A stretch of 62,052 nucleotides of DNA, filler included, from Nanobdellati archaeon (GCA_013152815.1; 6 parts of 6 records of this genome joined end to end with filler, not necessarily neighbours in it); one strand, 5' to 3'; counted from the whole stretch's first letter, positions 47,033 through 56,767 are shown. The notes: a model not told the origin generated them from the letters alone. Numbers and translations: made by a program.

Positions 47033-49971
47033 ATATCCATGAAGAACGAGAACCGATAGAACCTGTCCAGATCGACGACATCCGCTGGGAGATACCGAAA
47101 GAAGGAGGGATGCATGTTCCTGCCCGCATCTTTGCCAGCGAGAAGATCCTGCGTTTCATGAAGCGGGACAAGTCCCTGTTCCAGATCAAGAACGTTGCTT
47201 ATCTGCCAGGCATCCACAAGCATGCCATCATCATGCCCGACGGCCATCAGGGATATGGCTTTCCCATCGGCGGCGTCGCAGCCCTTGACGTTGAGAAAGG
47301 CGGCATCTCTCCCGGTGGAATAGGGTATGACATCAACTGCCTTGCCGGCGACACCCGGATCGTGGACGGCTACGGGACGTCGCACCAGGTGAAAGACATC
47401 GAGACCTTCTTCACCGAAGAAGAACAGGAAAGCGACGGCTATGTGCTCAAGACCAACCATGTCCAGCTGGGGGTGCTGACCCTCGATCCCAGAAAGAAGC
47501 GCATGACCAGCAGACCGGTTCCCTTCTTCATGAAGAAACAGGCCGATAAACGCATGCTCGACATCAGGACAGTATCGGGGCATATCCTTACTCTTTCAGA
47601 GGACCATCCTGTGCTCACCCGACAGGGCATGGTGCCTGCGGGTCTCCTCACCGAGGACCAGGAGATCGCCACGTCCTTCTTCGAGGGTCTGCCCTATGTC
47701 CCTTTGCCTTCCACCATACTCGTCGAGGACCTTCCTCTTGGTCGACAGGCCAGGACATTCTTCTGTGGACATGGTCTTCTTCCCCTACGCCTGAACAATC
47801 CGAAGCTTCCTATCCTTTCGCGTCTCCTTGGCTATCTCTTCGGCGACGGCCTGGTCTATTTTGCAGGCAGCAAAGGAAGGATCTGTGCCTATGGGAAACA
47901 GGAGGATCTGGAACAGATGAAAGATGATTTCGCATCCCTGGGCTTCAGGGCGCGCATCTATTCCCGGACGAGGACCCACACCATCAACGGGAAAGCACCC
48001 TTCTCCGCGACCACCAGCGAACTCCAGGTCTCCTCGACCGGACTGGCGAGACTTCTGATCTCCCTTGGCATGCCCGAAGGAAACAAGACCAACCAGGCCT
48101 ATGATGTCCCTTCCTGGATCCTTCGCTCGCCGCCCTGGATACAACGTCTTTTCCTGGCCGGCTTCTTCGGTGCAGAGATGAGCGCACCTGCAACAGGTTC
48201 CAGGACCTGTTTCTATCACCCAACCATCTCCATGAACAAGAACATGACGGTCGTCGAGGACGGAAGGAAATTCTTCATCTCCCTGATGCGCTTGCTGGAA
48301 TCTTTAGGGGTGCAGGTGCAGAAGATCAGCCAGACATCGGCCCCTTCCAACAGAGAAGGCCCTGTCGCACGTCTGAAGCTCCTCCTGAGCTCGAAAGAGG
48401 AACACCTTCTTACCCTCTATGGTAAGATCGGGTTCGCCTATAATCGAAGACGGCAGGAGACCGCCATGATCGCGGTAGCCTATCTCCACCATAAACAACG
48501 AGTCTTACAGAAGCGGACCGAGGCTGAACGCAGGGTCAGGATACTCAAGAAGAAAGGCCTCTCCATGAAAGAGGCCCAGGAGTGTCTCTGCGATGAGACC
48601 GTCAATGCACGTTTTGTTGAACGACATTACTATGCGAAGCGACCTTCACGTATCAGCCAGCAGACGGTCTCTTTTCAGGATTTCAGGAAGGTCCAGGAGA
48701 ACGACCTTCAGAGATACGGGACGATCTTCGATCGCATCGAACATATCGGCGAGCGTTCCTATGACGGCTTGGTCTATGACCTTAACGTACAGGAAACCCA
48801 TAATTTTGTCGCGAACGGTCTTATCGTCTCAAACTGCGGCGTCAGGCTTCTTCGGACAGATCTCAAGAAGGAAGATGTCAAAGATAAGGTCCGTCCTCTC
48901 ATCTCTCTCTTCTACAAGAACTGTCCTGTCGGTCTTGGTGTGACGAACGTCAATGTCGACTATGACCAGCTGGAGCTCGTCCTCGAAAAGGGGGCCCGTT
49001 GGGCTGTGGACAACGGCTATGGTACCGAAGATGACCTGATCCATTGTGAAGAAGAGGGCGCCATGGAACAGGCAGATCCGTCCAGGGTCTCTGACCGGGC
49101 CAAGAAGAGGGGCAAGAGACAATTGGCCACCATCGGTTCTGGCAACCATTTCGTCGAGCTCCAGTATGTCGAGGAGATCTTCGACGAAGAGGCGGCAAAG
49201 GCCTTCGGCATCGAAGAAGGCCAGGTCTGCGTCATGATCCATTGCGGTTCACGAGGGCTTGGCCATCAGACCTGCTCTGATTATCTTCGTGAGATGGAGA
49301 AGCAGAATCCTGATCTCATCGCACAGCTCCCTGACCGGGAACTCGTCTATGCGCCTTCAGGCTCGAAAGTGGCCAAGGACTATCTCGGGGCCATGGCTGC
49401 TGCTGCCAACTTTGCCTGGTGCAACCGGCATATGCTCGGCCATCTTGTTCGACAGTCCATCAATGAGCTCTTCCCTGACGCGAAGGTGGAGACGGTCTAT
49501 GACATCGCCCACAACATCGCCAAGGTTGAGGAGCATGAAGTGGATGGAAAAAAGGTGCAGGTCTACGTCCACCGGAAAGGCGCGACGCGGGCCTTTGGCC
49601 CCGGCAGGAAGGAGATACCTGAAGATTATCGCAAGGTCGGACAGCCGGTCATCATCCCCGGCAGCATGGGGACAGCATCCTGGCTCCTCCATGGGACCGA
49701 ACAGTCCATGAAGGAATCCTTCGGCTCCACAGCACATGGTGCAGGAAGGATGATGAGCAGGAGCAGGGCCACACGGGAGTTCAAGGGCGAGGACATCGTC
49801 ATGGACCTGGAGAAGAAGGGCATCATCGTCAAGGGAGCGTCATGGAAAGGCATCGCCGAAGAAGCTCCTCTGGCATACAAGGACGTGGACGAGGTCATCG
49901 AGACCACGCATAAGGCAGGCATCGCAAAGAAGGTCGCGAGACTGAGGCCCATGGGTGTCGTTAAGGGGTGA
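47029..49971 (+). CDS. rtcB: tRNA-splicing ligase RtcB, intein-containing
   Basis: PDGHQGYGFPIGG, GYDIN/CGVR, GSGNHFVE, HCGSRG, HRKGATRA, PGSMG, HGAGR, EEAP.AYK. Confidence 0.97.
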   Translation: MNIHEEREPIEPVQIDDIRWEIPKEGGMHVPARIFASEKILRFMKRDKSLFQIKNVAYLPGIHKHAIIMPDGHQGYGFPIGGVAALDVEKGGISPGGIGYDINCLAGDTRIVDGYGTSHQVKDIETFFTEEEQESDGYVLKTNHVQLGVLTLDPRKKRMTSRPVPFFMKKQADKRMLDIRTVSGHILTLSEDHPVLTRQGMVPAGLLTEDQEIATSFFEGLPYVPLPSTILVEDLPLGRQARTFFCGHGLLPLRLNNPKLPILSRLLGYLFGDGLVYFAGSKGRICAYGKQEDLEQMKDDFASLGFRARIYSRTRTHTINGKAPFSATTSELQVSSTGLARLLISLGMPEGNKTNQAYDVPSWILRSPPWIQRLFLAGFFGAEMSAPATGSRTCFYHPTISMNKNMTVVEDGRKFFISLMRLLESLGVQVQKISQTSAPSNREGPVARLKLLLSSKEEHLLTLYGKIGFAYNRRRQETAMIAVAYLHHKQRVLQKRTEAERRVRILKKKGLSMKEAQECLCDETVNARFVERHYYAKRPSRISQQTVSFQDFRKVQENDLQRYGTIFDRIEHIGERSYDGLVYDLNVQETHNFVANGLIVSNCGVRLLRTDLKKEDVKDKVRPLISLFYKNCPVGLGVTNVNVDYDQLELVLEKGARWAVDNGYGTEDDLIHCEEEGAMEQADPSRVSDRAKKRGKRQLATIGSGNHFVELQYVEEIFDEEAAKAFGIEEGQVCVMIHCGSRGLGHQTCSDYLREMEKQNPDLIAQLPDRELVYAPSGSKVAKDYLGAMAAAANFAWCNRHMLGHLVRQSINELFPDAKVETVYDIAHNIAKVEEHEVDGKKVQVYVHRKGATRAFGPGRKEIPEDYRKVGQPVIIPGSMGTASWLLHGTEQSMKESFGSTAHGAGRMMSRSRATREFKGEDIVMDLEKKGIIVKGASWKGIAEEAPLAYKDVDEVIETTHKAGIAKKVARLRPMGVVKG
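47338..48834 (+). mobile_element. Intein (499 aa) with LAGLIDADG homing endonuclease
   Basis: Starts CLAGDT, block B SEDHPV, endonuclease motifs LLGYLFGDG and FLAGFFGAE, ends YDLNV..THNFVANGLIVSN before the catalytic Cys. Confidence 0.95.
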
Positions 49972-50112
49972 TTCTTCTTTCTTGAAAACCTTTTTCGAAA
50001 ATTTAATATAGGTATTCTGATTCGTTCTCTTCCATGAGGACAACATCCAACTTAACTGAGGATAGTGCAGCCAATGCTGGTTGCCTTCATTTCAGGTAGT
50101 TGGAAAACCCTT

Positions 50113-50254
50113 TCTGATTCGTGCAGGGGTTTCATACCCTGCGCTTTAGCGCGTGAAACCTTTGCACGGCCAGAAATTCCGCCTTTCAAGGCGAGGAGAG
50201 ATTATACCCCAACCTTTAGGTCGGGGATAGCTCCGAGCGACGGAATTTCTGATT
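50113..50254 (+). repeat. Dispersed palindromic element, copy B (longest)
   Basis: TCTGATT at both ends; stems CGTGCAGGGGTTTCA/TGAAACCTTTGCACG and CAGAAATTCCG/CGGAATTTCTG; hairpin CCCCAACCTTTAGGTCGGGG. Confidence 0.85.
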
Positions 50255-50409
50255 ACTTCTTGATCATCATCTCTTTCTCTACGGACACGCATAGAGCGCT
50301 TACTGCACGACATCACTGAACAAGAAGATGATACCAACAAAAAGACAACAACAGAGCGGGAGCCATGCGATGGGCATGACGGAGGTATGACAAATGAGAA
50401 CAAGCAAGA

Positions 50410-51582
50410 ATGACTTGGAACGAGTTGCGGAGAATGCGCGGAGCTATGCGTCGATGGATACGAACAGAGAGTCGTTCCTTCATCGATGGTAAGATCATCA
50501 ATCCGAATCCGACGAACATCGACTTCCTTGAGATAGGGAACCCGTGCAATTTCTCCTGTCCGGATTGCGAGTTCGGAGAGATGCAATCTGCGCCTGCCTT
50601 TGATCGGCAGGAAGAGGTCGATCTCATCACCAAAGTGATGGAAGATTATCCGGAATCTTCTTTTTTCCTCTATCCTCCCGAGATCACGACAAGCCCCTAT
50701 CTTTTACCGGTCATGAAGGCCACTCGGCAGAGGATCACTTTGACGAATGGCTTGGGCCTGAATGAAAGGATGCTTGATCGTCTCAAGGAAGCGGGATTGA
50801 GATATCTTAAGGTGACCCTTTTTGCGACACCCGGAGAGCAAATGCGTTGGCAAGCCATACAGGAGCCGATGTATTGGAGGATTAGAAAGAACATCGAACG
50901 AGCGGTCGACAAGGGCTTCCGTGTCTTTCTGAATACTGTCCTGAACAAGGATAATCTTGGCTCCATCGTCCCTTTAGCACGGCAGTCCAACGATATGGGC
51001 ATAGACAGGATAAAGTTCATCAGGGAACGCACACCTGTCTGGAAGCCATGGTATCTCGCAGAGGAGGACATGGATCGTCTCATCCGTAACGTCGAAGAGG
51101 CAAAGCAGGGTCCCTCTCCCAGGATACAGCTCAGCCTGACAGGTGCAGGACCGAATCTCTACGGAAAATCCCTGGATGAAGCACGAAAGAAACTTCCCCC
51201 TCAACGGGGAGAATGGCCGAAGAGCCCCTATCTCTGTCCTGCAATCGACCAGAACTATTGGGGCATCTCACCGAGACGAGGGAAGGTCTATGGCTGTTTC
51301 TTCATGACCGTGGGCGATCCTGTCTGGGAGATAGGGACCCTTGACCAGAAAACAAAGAAGGTGCAAATCACAGGAGGACTTGATCTGCGTCCCTCAACCC
51401 TCAAGAAAAGATTACGTGGGAACTGTGCCGAGGATGCATGCGAATATCAGTCGGTCTGTATGGGCGGTTGTCGAAGGACAGCATACATGACCGCGAAATG
51501 GAAGGGAGAAAAGGACCCGCTCTATGCAGGAATGGACATTTGCTTGACGAAAACCTATGGGCGGGTCATGGGAAACAAATGA
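50410..51582 (+). CDS. Radical SAM protein with SPASM-like C-terminus (5' end uncertain)
   Basis: CNFSCPDC, TLTNG, C-terminal CPA...C...CAEDAC....VCMGGC...C. Confidence 0.9.
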   Translation: MTWNELRRMRGAMRRWIRTESRSFIDGKIINPNPTNIDFLEIGNPCNFSCPDCEFGEMQSAPAFDRQEEVDLITKVMEDYPESSFFLYPPEITTSPYLLPVMKATRQRITLTNGLGLNERMLDRLKEAGLRYLKVTLFATPGEQMRWQAIQEPMYWRIRKNIERAVDKGFRVFLNTVLNKDNLGSIVPLARQSNDMGIDRIKFIRERTPVWKPWYLAEEDMDRLIRNVEEAKQGPSPRIQLSLTGAGPNLYGKSLDEARKKLPPQRGEWPKSPYLCPAIDQNYWGISPRRGKVYGCFFMTVGDPVWEIGTLDQKTKKVQITGGLDLRPSTLKKRLRGNCAEDACEYQSVCMGGCRRTAYMTAKWKGEKDPLYAGMDICLTKTYGRVMGNK

Positions 51583-51595
51583 ACAGGTGAGACCA

Positions 51596-51760
51596 ATGGA
51601 AGAAAACATGAAAGAATCCAAACAGGTCATCCATCAGCCAATCTTCCCGAGCGACTTGGTTATATTGGGAGGTGGCCCGAAACGGCGTTGATGTCCAAGA
51701 ACAGGAAAGAGTGGGGAACCTCTTTTCTTTGTTCCCTTCTTCTTATCAAAGGCTTCCTTG
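51596..51760 (+). pseudogene. Remnant of a Rossmann-fold (FAD/NAD) oxidoreductase N-terminus
   Basis: AGGTGA SD, then ...SDLVILGGGP and a stop at 51691. Removing one A restores GGGPNG (GxGxxG). Confidence 0.45.
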
Positions 51761-51798
51761 ATGTCCTTTTGGATGCTCTTCTGAACGGGCAGATCCTC

Positions 51799-52224
51799 CT
51801 ATCCTGTGGCACGGTAGGACGGACGGAACACGACTTTGCCTGATGCAGGGTCTTCCTGTGCGACGGCGACGACAGAATGGTTCTCCAGCAGGGCGATGTA
51901 AGCGTCCTCGTCCAGGGGAATGTCTTGAACATATTCTGGCTGGGGATCGCTTCCGAGATTCTTCAGCGATGAAAGATAGAGAAGCTCGACAGGATGTTCT
52001 TTGCTTCCATACAGGTGGATGGTCACGGACGCGAGGCCATAGCTCCTGCCGTCGGTGAGCAGGACGTCTCCCACAATGCTGCCGTTCTCTGGAAACAGCC
52101 CCTTGAACCCTCTGTAGCCGAGCTTGGCCAGCTCTTTCCTGACGATGGTGTGGAGACCGATAATGCCTTGTTCCTGCTTTTTCTCCGGGATTGGTGTGCT
52201 GGTCGCATTCTCCATGATGTTCAA
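51799..52224 (-). CDS. Hypothetical protein
   Basis: 141-aa ORF with GGAGG SD-like motif. Confidence 0.65.
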   Translation of the reverse strand: MNIMENATSTPIPEKKQEQGIIGLHTIVRKELAKLGYRGFKGLFPENGSIVGDVLLTDGRSYGLASVTIHLYGSKEHPVELLYLSSLKNLGSDPQPEYVQDIPLDEDAYIALLENHSVVAVAQEDPASGKVVFRPSYRATG

Positions 52225-52497
52225 CCTCCTCTGTACGGGCTTCTCCCTTCCTTGTGCAGCTGTCCTGCCCCTGCTGTCTGTAGTGAATCAGGAGGATATT
52301 ATAATGCTTGTGGGCAGCTCTTCTTGGCCTTTTTCTCCTGCTCCTGTCTTTCTCTTCTTTGCCTGTTGAACTTTCTGTTTTCGTCACCACTTCGGGACGG
52401 AAACTGCTGTTCATCATCCTGGAATAGAAAACTTTTTAAAAGTCCGGCACCAGAAAAGGATGACAGGATAGAACCGTTCCAAAAAGAGGTGGTTGTG

Positions 52498-53538
52498 GTG
52501 AATCAGAGATTCGTACTGTTCTTGCTTGTGGTATCGTTGAGTTCTGCAGCAGTCCTGGGCCAGCCTTCTGCCGAGACAGGCATCCAGCTGGAGACAGCAT
52601 TTGTGGGTCCTGATATCTGGCTGCATCAGGATGGCTGCTCTGTCTTCCATAGCAATGCACATGGCAACCTTGAGCTTGTGGAGCGTGCAGGAAGCTATGC
52701 CTTCGAGGGTGAGCAGATCATCTGCCCTGTCCTTGTCCATGATGCCAACGGTGTGGAAGACATCAAGGATGTCTACATGGCATTGGCGCCTGATCGTGGT
52801 ATCGAAACCAGGTGTGATCTTGAGTCGGACGCGGTCAATGCCTCTGCCTACAATGCCCTGGTGAACGGCTTGCCTGTCTCCTTCGACCCCCTGACCATGC
52901 AGGCATATCTCTGCACCTTCACGGTCGAGACAGCAGGCTCGATGCAGGGCCAGTTCTACCTCGGCATGTATGTGGTCGACCTGGAGAATGCCTCGGACCA
53001 TGTCGATGAATCGTCCTATTGGTATTTCAACCCCGACGTGTCGGTCACGCTCACAGGAAGCATCGATTTCGGCACGGTCTCCCCAGGGTCCAACGCCTAT
53101 TCCACCAGCCTGACCATCGAGAACACGGCCAGCGCAGGTTCAGGAGTTTTTTTGGACATGTACATCTCAGGGTCCGACTTCTACGACCCGACAAGTTTCG
53201 GCTCTCTCTGTCCGACGAGCAACGTGCTGACCCTGGACCGGTTCGCCTACTACGCGAGCAATGGCGGTTATCACACCCAGACGAACAATTCCCGTGAGAA
53301 TCCGATCGGCGGGCTTGAAGGATACTACACCATCCCCTATGAGACCGGCCATCCCGCAGACCGGGAACAGATCATCGAGGGGGCAGGGATCCTCAATATC
53401 TCTGGCAAGCTCTTCGAAGCAGGGAACGTGCTCGCTCCTGGTGCAGAGCTGACCATGGACTTCCGTCTTGCCCTGCCAGAACCCTGCATCGGCGACTTCG
53501 ACGATGGCCAGATGTTCTTCTGGGGCGTACCCATCTGA
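52498..53538 (+). CDS. Secreted beta-rich (Ig-like/surface) protein
   Basis: GTG start after GAGGTG, signal peptide NQRFVLFLLVVSLSSAAVLG, IDFGTVSPG...TIENT, several Cys pairs. Confidence 0.8.
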   Translation: MNQRFVLFLLVVSLSSAAVLGQPSAETGIQLETAFVGPDIWLHQDGCSVFHSNAHGNLELVERAGSYAFEGEQIICPVLVHDANGVEDIKDVYMALAPDRGIETRCDLESDAVNASAYNALVNGLPVSFDPLTMQAYLCTFTVETAGSMQGQFYLGMYVVDLENASDHVDESSYWYFNPDVSVTLTGSIDFGTVSPGSNAYSTSLTIENTASAGSGVFLDMYISGSDFYDPTSFGSLCPTSNVLTLDRFAYYASNGGYHTQTNNSRENPIGGLEGYYTIPYETGHPADREQIIEGAGILNISGKLFEAGNVLAPGAELTMDFRLALPEPCIGDFDDGQMFFWGVPI

Positions 53539-53680
53539 TCGCGGTCCTTTTCTTTCTTTTTTCTTTTTTTTTCTTTCTTTTCTTCTTTGTTTTTCATCTT
53601 TTGTCCTGATTACTTTCTGCTTCCTGATTTCATCACCACTCGATGAAGGAAACTATCATTTACTATTATATCATAGAAAA

Positions 53681-53780
53681 NNNNNNNNNNNNNNNNNNNN
53701 NNNNNNNNNNNNNNNNNNNNNNNNTTAATTAATTAANNNNNNNNNNNNNNNNNNNNNNNNNNNNNNNNNNNNNNNNNNNN
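53681..53780. other. Artificial contig-joining linker
   Basis: N44-TTAATTAATTAA-N44. Confidence 0.99.
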
Positions 53781-55310
53781 ATGGCTGACGAACAGAAAGG
53801 CGGATCCGGGAAACTGTTCGTCTTCATCATCATACTGCTGCTGATAGGAGGGACAGGATATTATCTCTACCAGAAAGGCACCTTCAATGGAGCAGGGGAG
53901 AGCAGAGGACCCTCATCAGGAGGCGTAAGGATTATCCAGCCGGAAAGCCAGGGGAGCGACACCAGCCCATCAAGCGATGAGAGCAAACCCTACCAGCCCG
54001 GGGAGGACCTGGATTCCATAGAGACGTCCATAAAGGATCTGAAACCAAGACCGCCTCAATATATCCCGCAAAACAACCCGGCCCAACAGGAACCAGGAGG
54101 AAAAACAGAACAGCAGAAAACAGAGAACCAGCAGAAAGGGAACTCATGGACCGATTATCTCCCGTATCTCGTCATCCTTCTGATCATCATCACCGGCTGG
54201 AGGGTATGGAAGCATTTCAGGAAGCCAAAACAAGGAAAGACCGTCCCACCCATAGACCAGATCATAGACGATGGGCAGACGCTCGTGACGAAGAAATTCA
54301 AGGACAACCGGCTGTGGAGAGAGAAAGAAATCAAGATAGGAAAATATGTTGCGATTATTGATGAGATAACCAAGAAGACCTATCATACCATCATCGAACA
54401 GGTTGCCAAGAAGGAAGGCAAATCAGCCAAGGACGCAGAATACACCCTCAGGGACATCTTCATCTCCAACAGGAACAGCAACAAAGATGTGTTCAAGACG
54501 AACATGGAGCAGTTCAGGTTCAACGCGGTACAGATAAAAGACGTCCTCGAACCCGTCCAGGAGAAGATAAAAGGCCAGCTCCAGGACAGGATGGACATAA
54601 AAACGTTCAGAGCACTGTTTCTTGCATCTCTGAGAGGAGTTCAGTCACAGAGAGATGACCTGGCCCAGGAGCAGGAAAAGATGATCACGGAGACATCGGC
54701 TGCCCTGGTTAAAGTCCTCGAAGACCTGGACAAGACCAATAAGAAAATCATCGATATTCTCAGGAATCTCGGAAAAAGACAGGAAGATGCTGAAAAGGTG
54801 GTGAAAGCTCATCTGAAACAAGAAGACAAAGAGATCCATGCCCTCTGGAAAGAGCTCAGGGGGAATAATCGGCAAGCGAAGAACGAAGAGCTCCTGGAAA
54901 AGGTAAGAACGCTGGTCAAAGAAGAGCATAGGGCAGACCAGGAACTGCATCAGCTCATCGTGGATACAACCTATGTGAGTCATCTGCAGCATGCTTTCGA
55001 GAAGTTCCTATCGAAAGAAGAGGAGGATGTGCAGTCAGCCCAGAAGTTCTTTGAAGTGCAGAAAGGCGAACAGTTGTCCTCTGAAGAGCTGGAGAAACAG
55101 ATCCACAACAGCGAGAGATGGTTCCGTTTCTATTACCGTGAGAACAAGGAGGGCTCCTTCTCGGAGAACAAGGAAACAAAGGCGAGCCTGATCCATGTCC
55201 TGGAATATTCAGGAACACTTGGTGAACGGTTCGGGAAAGAGCTCCTAGCGATCAAAGATCTCGAGAAGAAGACAGAGCAGGAGAATATCCAAGCACCTGC
55301 GAATTCTTGA
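53781..55310 (+). CDS. Hypothetical two-TM protein with long coiled-coil C-terminus
   Basis: Two TM segments flanking a P/Q/S-rich loop, then K/E-rich helices. Confidence 0.8.
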   Translation: MADEQKGGSGKLFVFIIILLLIGGTGYYLYQKGTFNGAGESRGPSSGGVRIIQPESQGSDTSPSSDESKPYQPGEDLDSIETSIKDLKPRPPQYIPQNNPAQQEPGGKTEQQKTENQQKGNSWTDYLPYLVILLIIITGWRVWKHFRKPKQGKTVPPIDQIIDDGQTLVTKKFKDNRLWREKEIKIGKYVAIIDEITKKTYHTIIEQVAKKEGKSAKDAEYTLRDIFISNRNSNKDVFKTNMEQFRFNAVQIKDVLEPVQEKIKGQLQDRMDIKTFRALFLASLRGVQSQRDDLAQEQEKMITETSAALVKVLEDLDKTNKKIIDILRNLGKRQEDAEKVVKAHLKQEDKEIHALWKELRGNNRQAKNEELLEKVRTLVKEEHRADQELHQLIVDTTYVSHLQHAFEKFLSKEEEDVQSAQKFFEVQKGEQLSSEELEKQIHNSERWFRFYYRENKEGSFSENKETKASLIHVLEYSGTLGERFGKELLAIKDLEKKTEQENIQAPANS

Positions 55311-55339
55311 ATAAACGAGAAAATCCTAAAAAATCAACC

Positions 55340-55448
55340 ACCCAATCGCAACATAGCGGGGTATTCGCCGATTTTCTTAACGGATTTTCTGGTCATTCCT
55401 CGCTGATCGTTGCATAGCAACGGAGTATTAGACCCGGCGAGGAATAAA
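55340..55448 (+). repeat. REP-like palindromic cluster
   Basis: Two hairpin units each ending G(G/A)GTATT; ATTCCTCGC/GCGAGGAAT encloses CGTTGC-ATA-GCAACG. Confidence 0.55.
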
Positions 55449-55501
55449 CCTTAAAAAGAGAGGATATCTCCAAGACATATTAACATCAGGGGGCAATCAC
55501 C

Positions 55502-56767
55502 ATGACCAAGGCAAACTTCTACAGGACATTGCAGGCAGAGATCGACAGGATCGACAATGCCAAGACCGCCAAGCGGCATGAGCGCATCATCGAAGGGTTC
55601 CGGAAAGAGGAAGGCAGGGCACCCAAAGGCATTGTCCAGGGAAAGAGCTACATGATCTTCAACTCCAACGACTATCTCGGCCTGAGGCACCATCCCAAAG
55701 TGAAGGCAGGAGAACAGGAGGCTTCAGAGAAGTACGGCGCAGGTCCCGGAGCAGTGAGGTTCATCTCAGGGACCCTGAAGGTGCACGTCGACCTGGAGAA
55801 GGAGATAGCAAGGTTCCATGATGCAGAAGCAGCCATGGTCTTCTCGTCTTCTTTCGCCGCCAACATGGCGGTCATCCACTGCTTCATCAAAGGACAGTCC
55901 CGGGACTCAGTGGTGGAGAACAACACCCTGGTCGTCTCTGATGCGCTGAACCACCGCTCCATCATAGACGGCATCCGGGTCGCAGGACTCCCGAAGGAGA
56001 ACAAGGCAATCTTCAAACATCTCGACTATGATGACCTGAAACGAGTATTGGAAGAGCATAAAGGGAAGTTCAAGCGGGTCCTGGTCATAACAGACGGTGT
56101 CTTCTCCATGCTGGGAGAGTATGCAGACCTTGCCGAGATGAAGAAGGTCTGCGACAGCTATGATGATGCCTATGAAGAAGGTGTCATAACGATCGTCGAC
56201 GACGCCCATGGCATCGCGGCCATGGGCGACCGAGGAAGAGGCTGCCAGGATGTGACCGGGGTCTTGCCCGACCTCCTGGTCGCAACCATGGGAAAAGGCA
56301 TCGGTTCTGACGGCGGCTATGTGACCGGCAGACAGGTGATGATCGACTATCTGCGGGAGAGCGCAGCAACGTACATCTATTCCAACTCCATCGCACCCGG
56401 CACCGCAGGGGCAGCCCTGGTCTCCTTCAGGATGCTCCAGGAAGAGGAAGGGAAAGCCTTGCTCGCCAAGCTCAAAGACAACATCACCTACTTCAGGAAG
56501 AAAGCGAAGGACGCAGGCTTCCGGTTCGCCGTCGATTCCATCCACGGCATACAGCCGGTCCTGATAGGCGATCCGGTGAAGACCAACGAGCTGACCCGGG
56601 CATTGTTCGACGACGGCATCATCGCGACCCAGATAAGCTATCCGGTCGTTCCGAAGGGCAAGGACGAGATCAGAATCCAGATATCTGCTGCCCATACGCA
56701 GAAGGACCTCGATGAATGCGTCGAGAAGATGACTGCAGCAGGGAAGAAGGTCGGCCTGTTAAGCTAA
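55502..56767 (+). CDS. Class II PLP alpha-oxoamine synthase (Kbl/BioF family)
   Basis: FNSNDYLGL, GAVRFISGT, SDALNHRSIIDG, TDGVFSM, DDAHG, TMGK, YPVVPKG..IRIQIS. Confidence 0.93.
   Translation: MTKANFYRTLQAEIDRIDNAKTAKRHERIIEGFRKEEGRAPKGIVQGKSYMIFNSNDYLGLRHHPKVKAGEQEASEKYGAGPGAVRFISGTLKVHVDLEKEIARFHDAEAAMVFSSSFAANMAVIHCFIKGQSRDSVVENNTLVVSDALNHRSIIDGIRVAGLPKENKAIFKHLDYDDLKRVLEEHKGKFKRVLVITDGVFSMLGEYADLAEMKKVCDSYDDAYEEGVITIVDDAHGIAAMGDRGRGCQDVTGVLPDLLVATMGKGIGSDGGYVTGRQVMIDYLRESAATYIYSNSIAPGTAGAALVSFRMLQEEEGKALLAKLKDNITYFRKKAKDAGFRFAVDSIHGIQPVLIGDPVKTNELTRALFDDGIIATQISYPVVPKGKDEIRIQISAAHTQKDLDECVEKMTAAGKKVGLLS

Noticed and set aside
50387..50413. TGA read-through (selenocysteine or recoding) into the Cys-rich frame upstream of the radical SAM gene
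   Set aside because: TGA is an ordinary stop in many genes here, that frame does not join the enzyme without a further frameshift, and no SECIS is evident.
51994..52497. Long N-terminal extensions in the ORF track (51994, 27924, 21465, 44781, 40772, 23719)
   Set aside because: The extensions overlap other genes, promoters or low-complexity DNA; downstream starts with SD, signal peptide or motif support are more plausible.
9356..53780. Five identical TTAATTAATTAA motifs within N runs
   Set aside because: These are artificial scaffold linkers. They are not biological repeats, and gene adjacency across them is meaningless.
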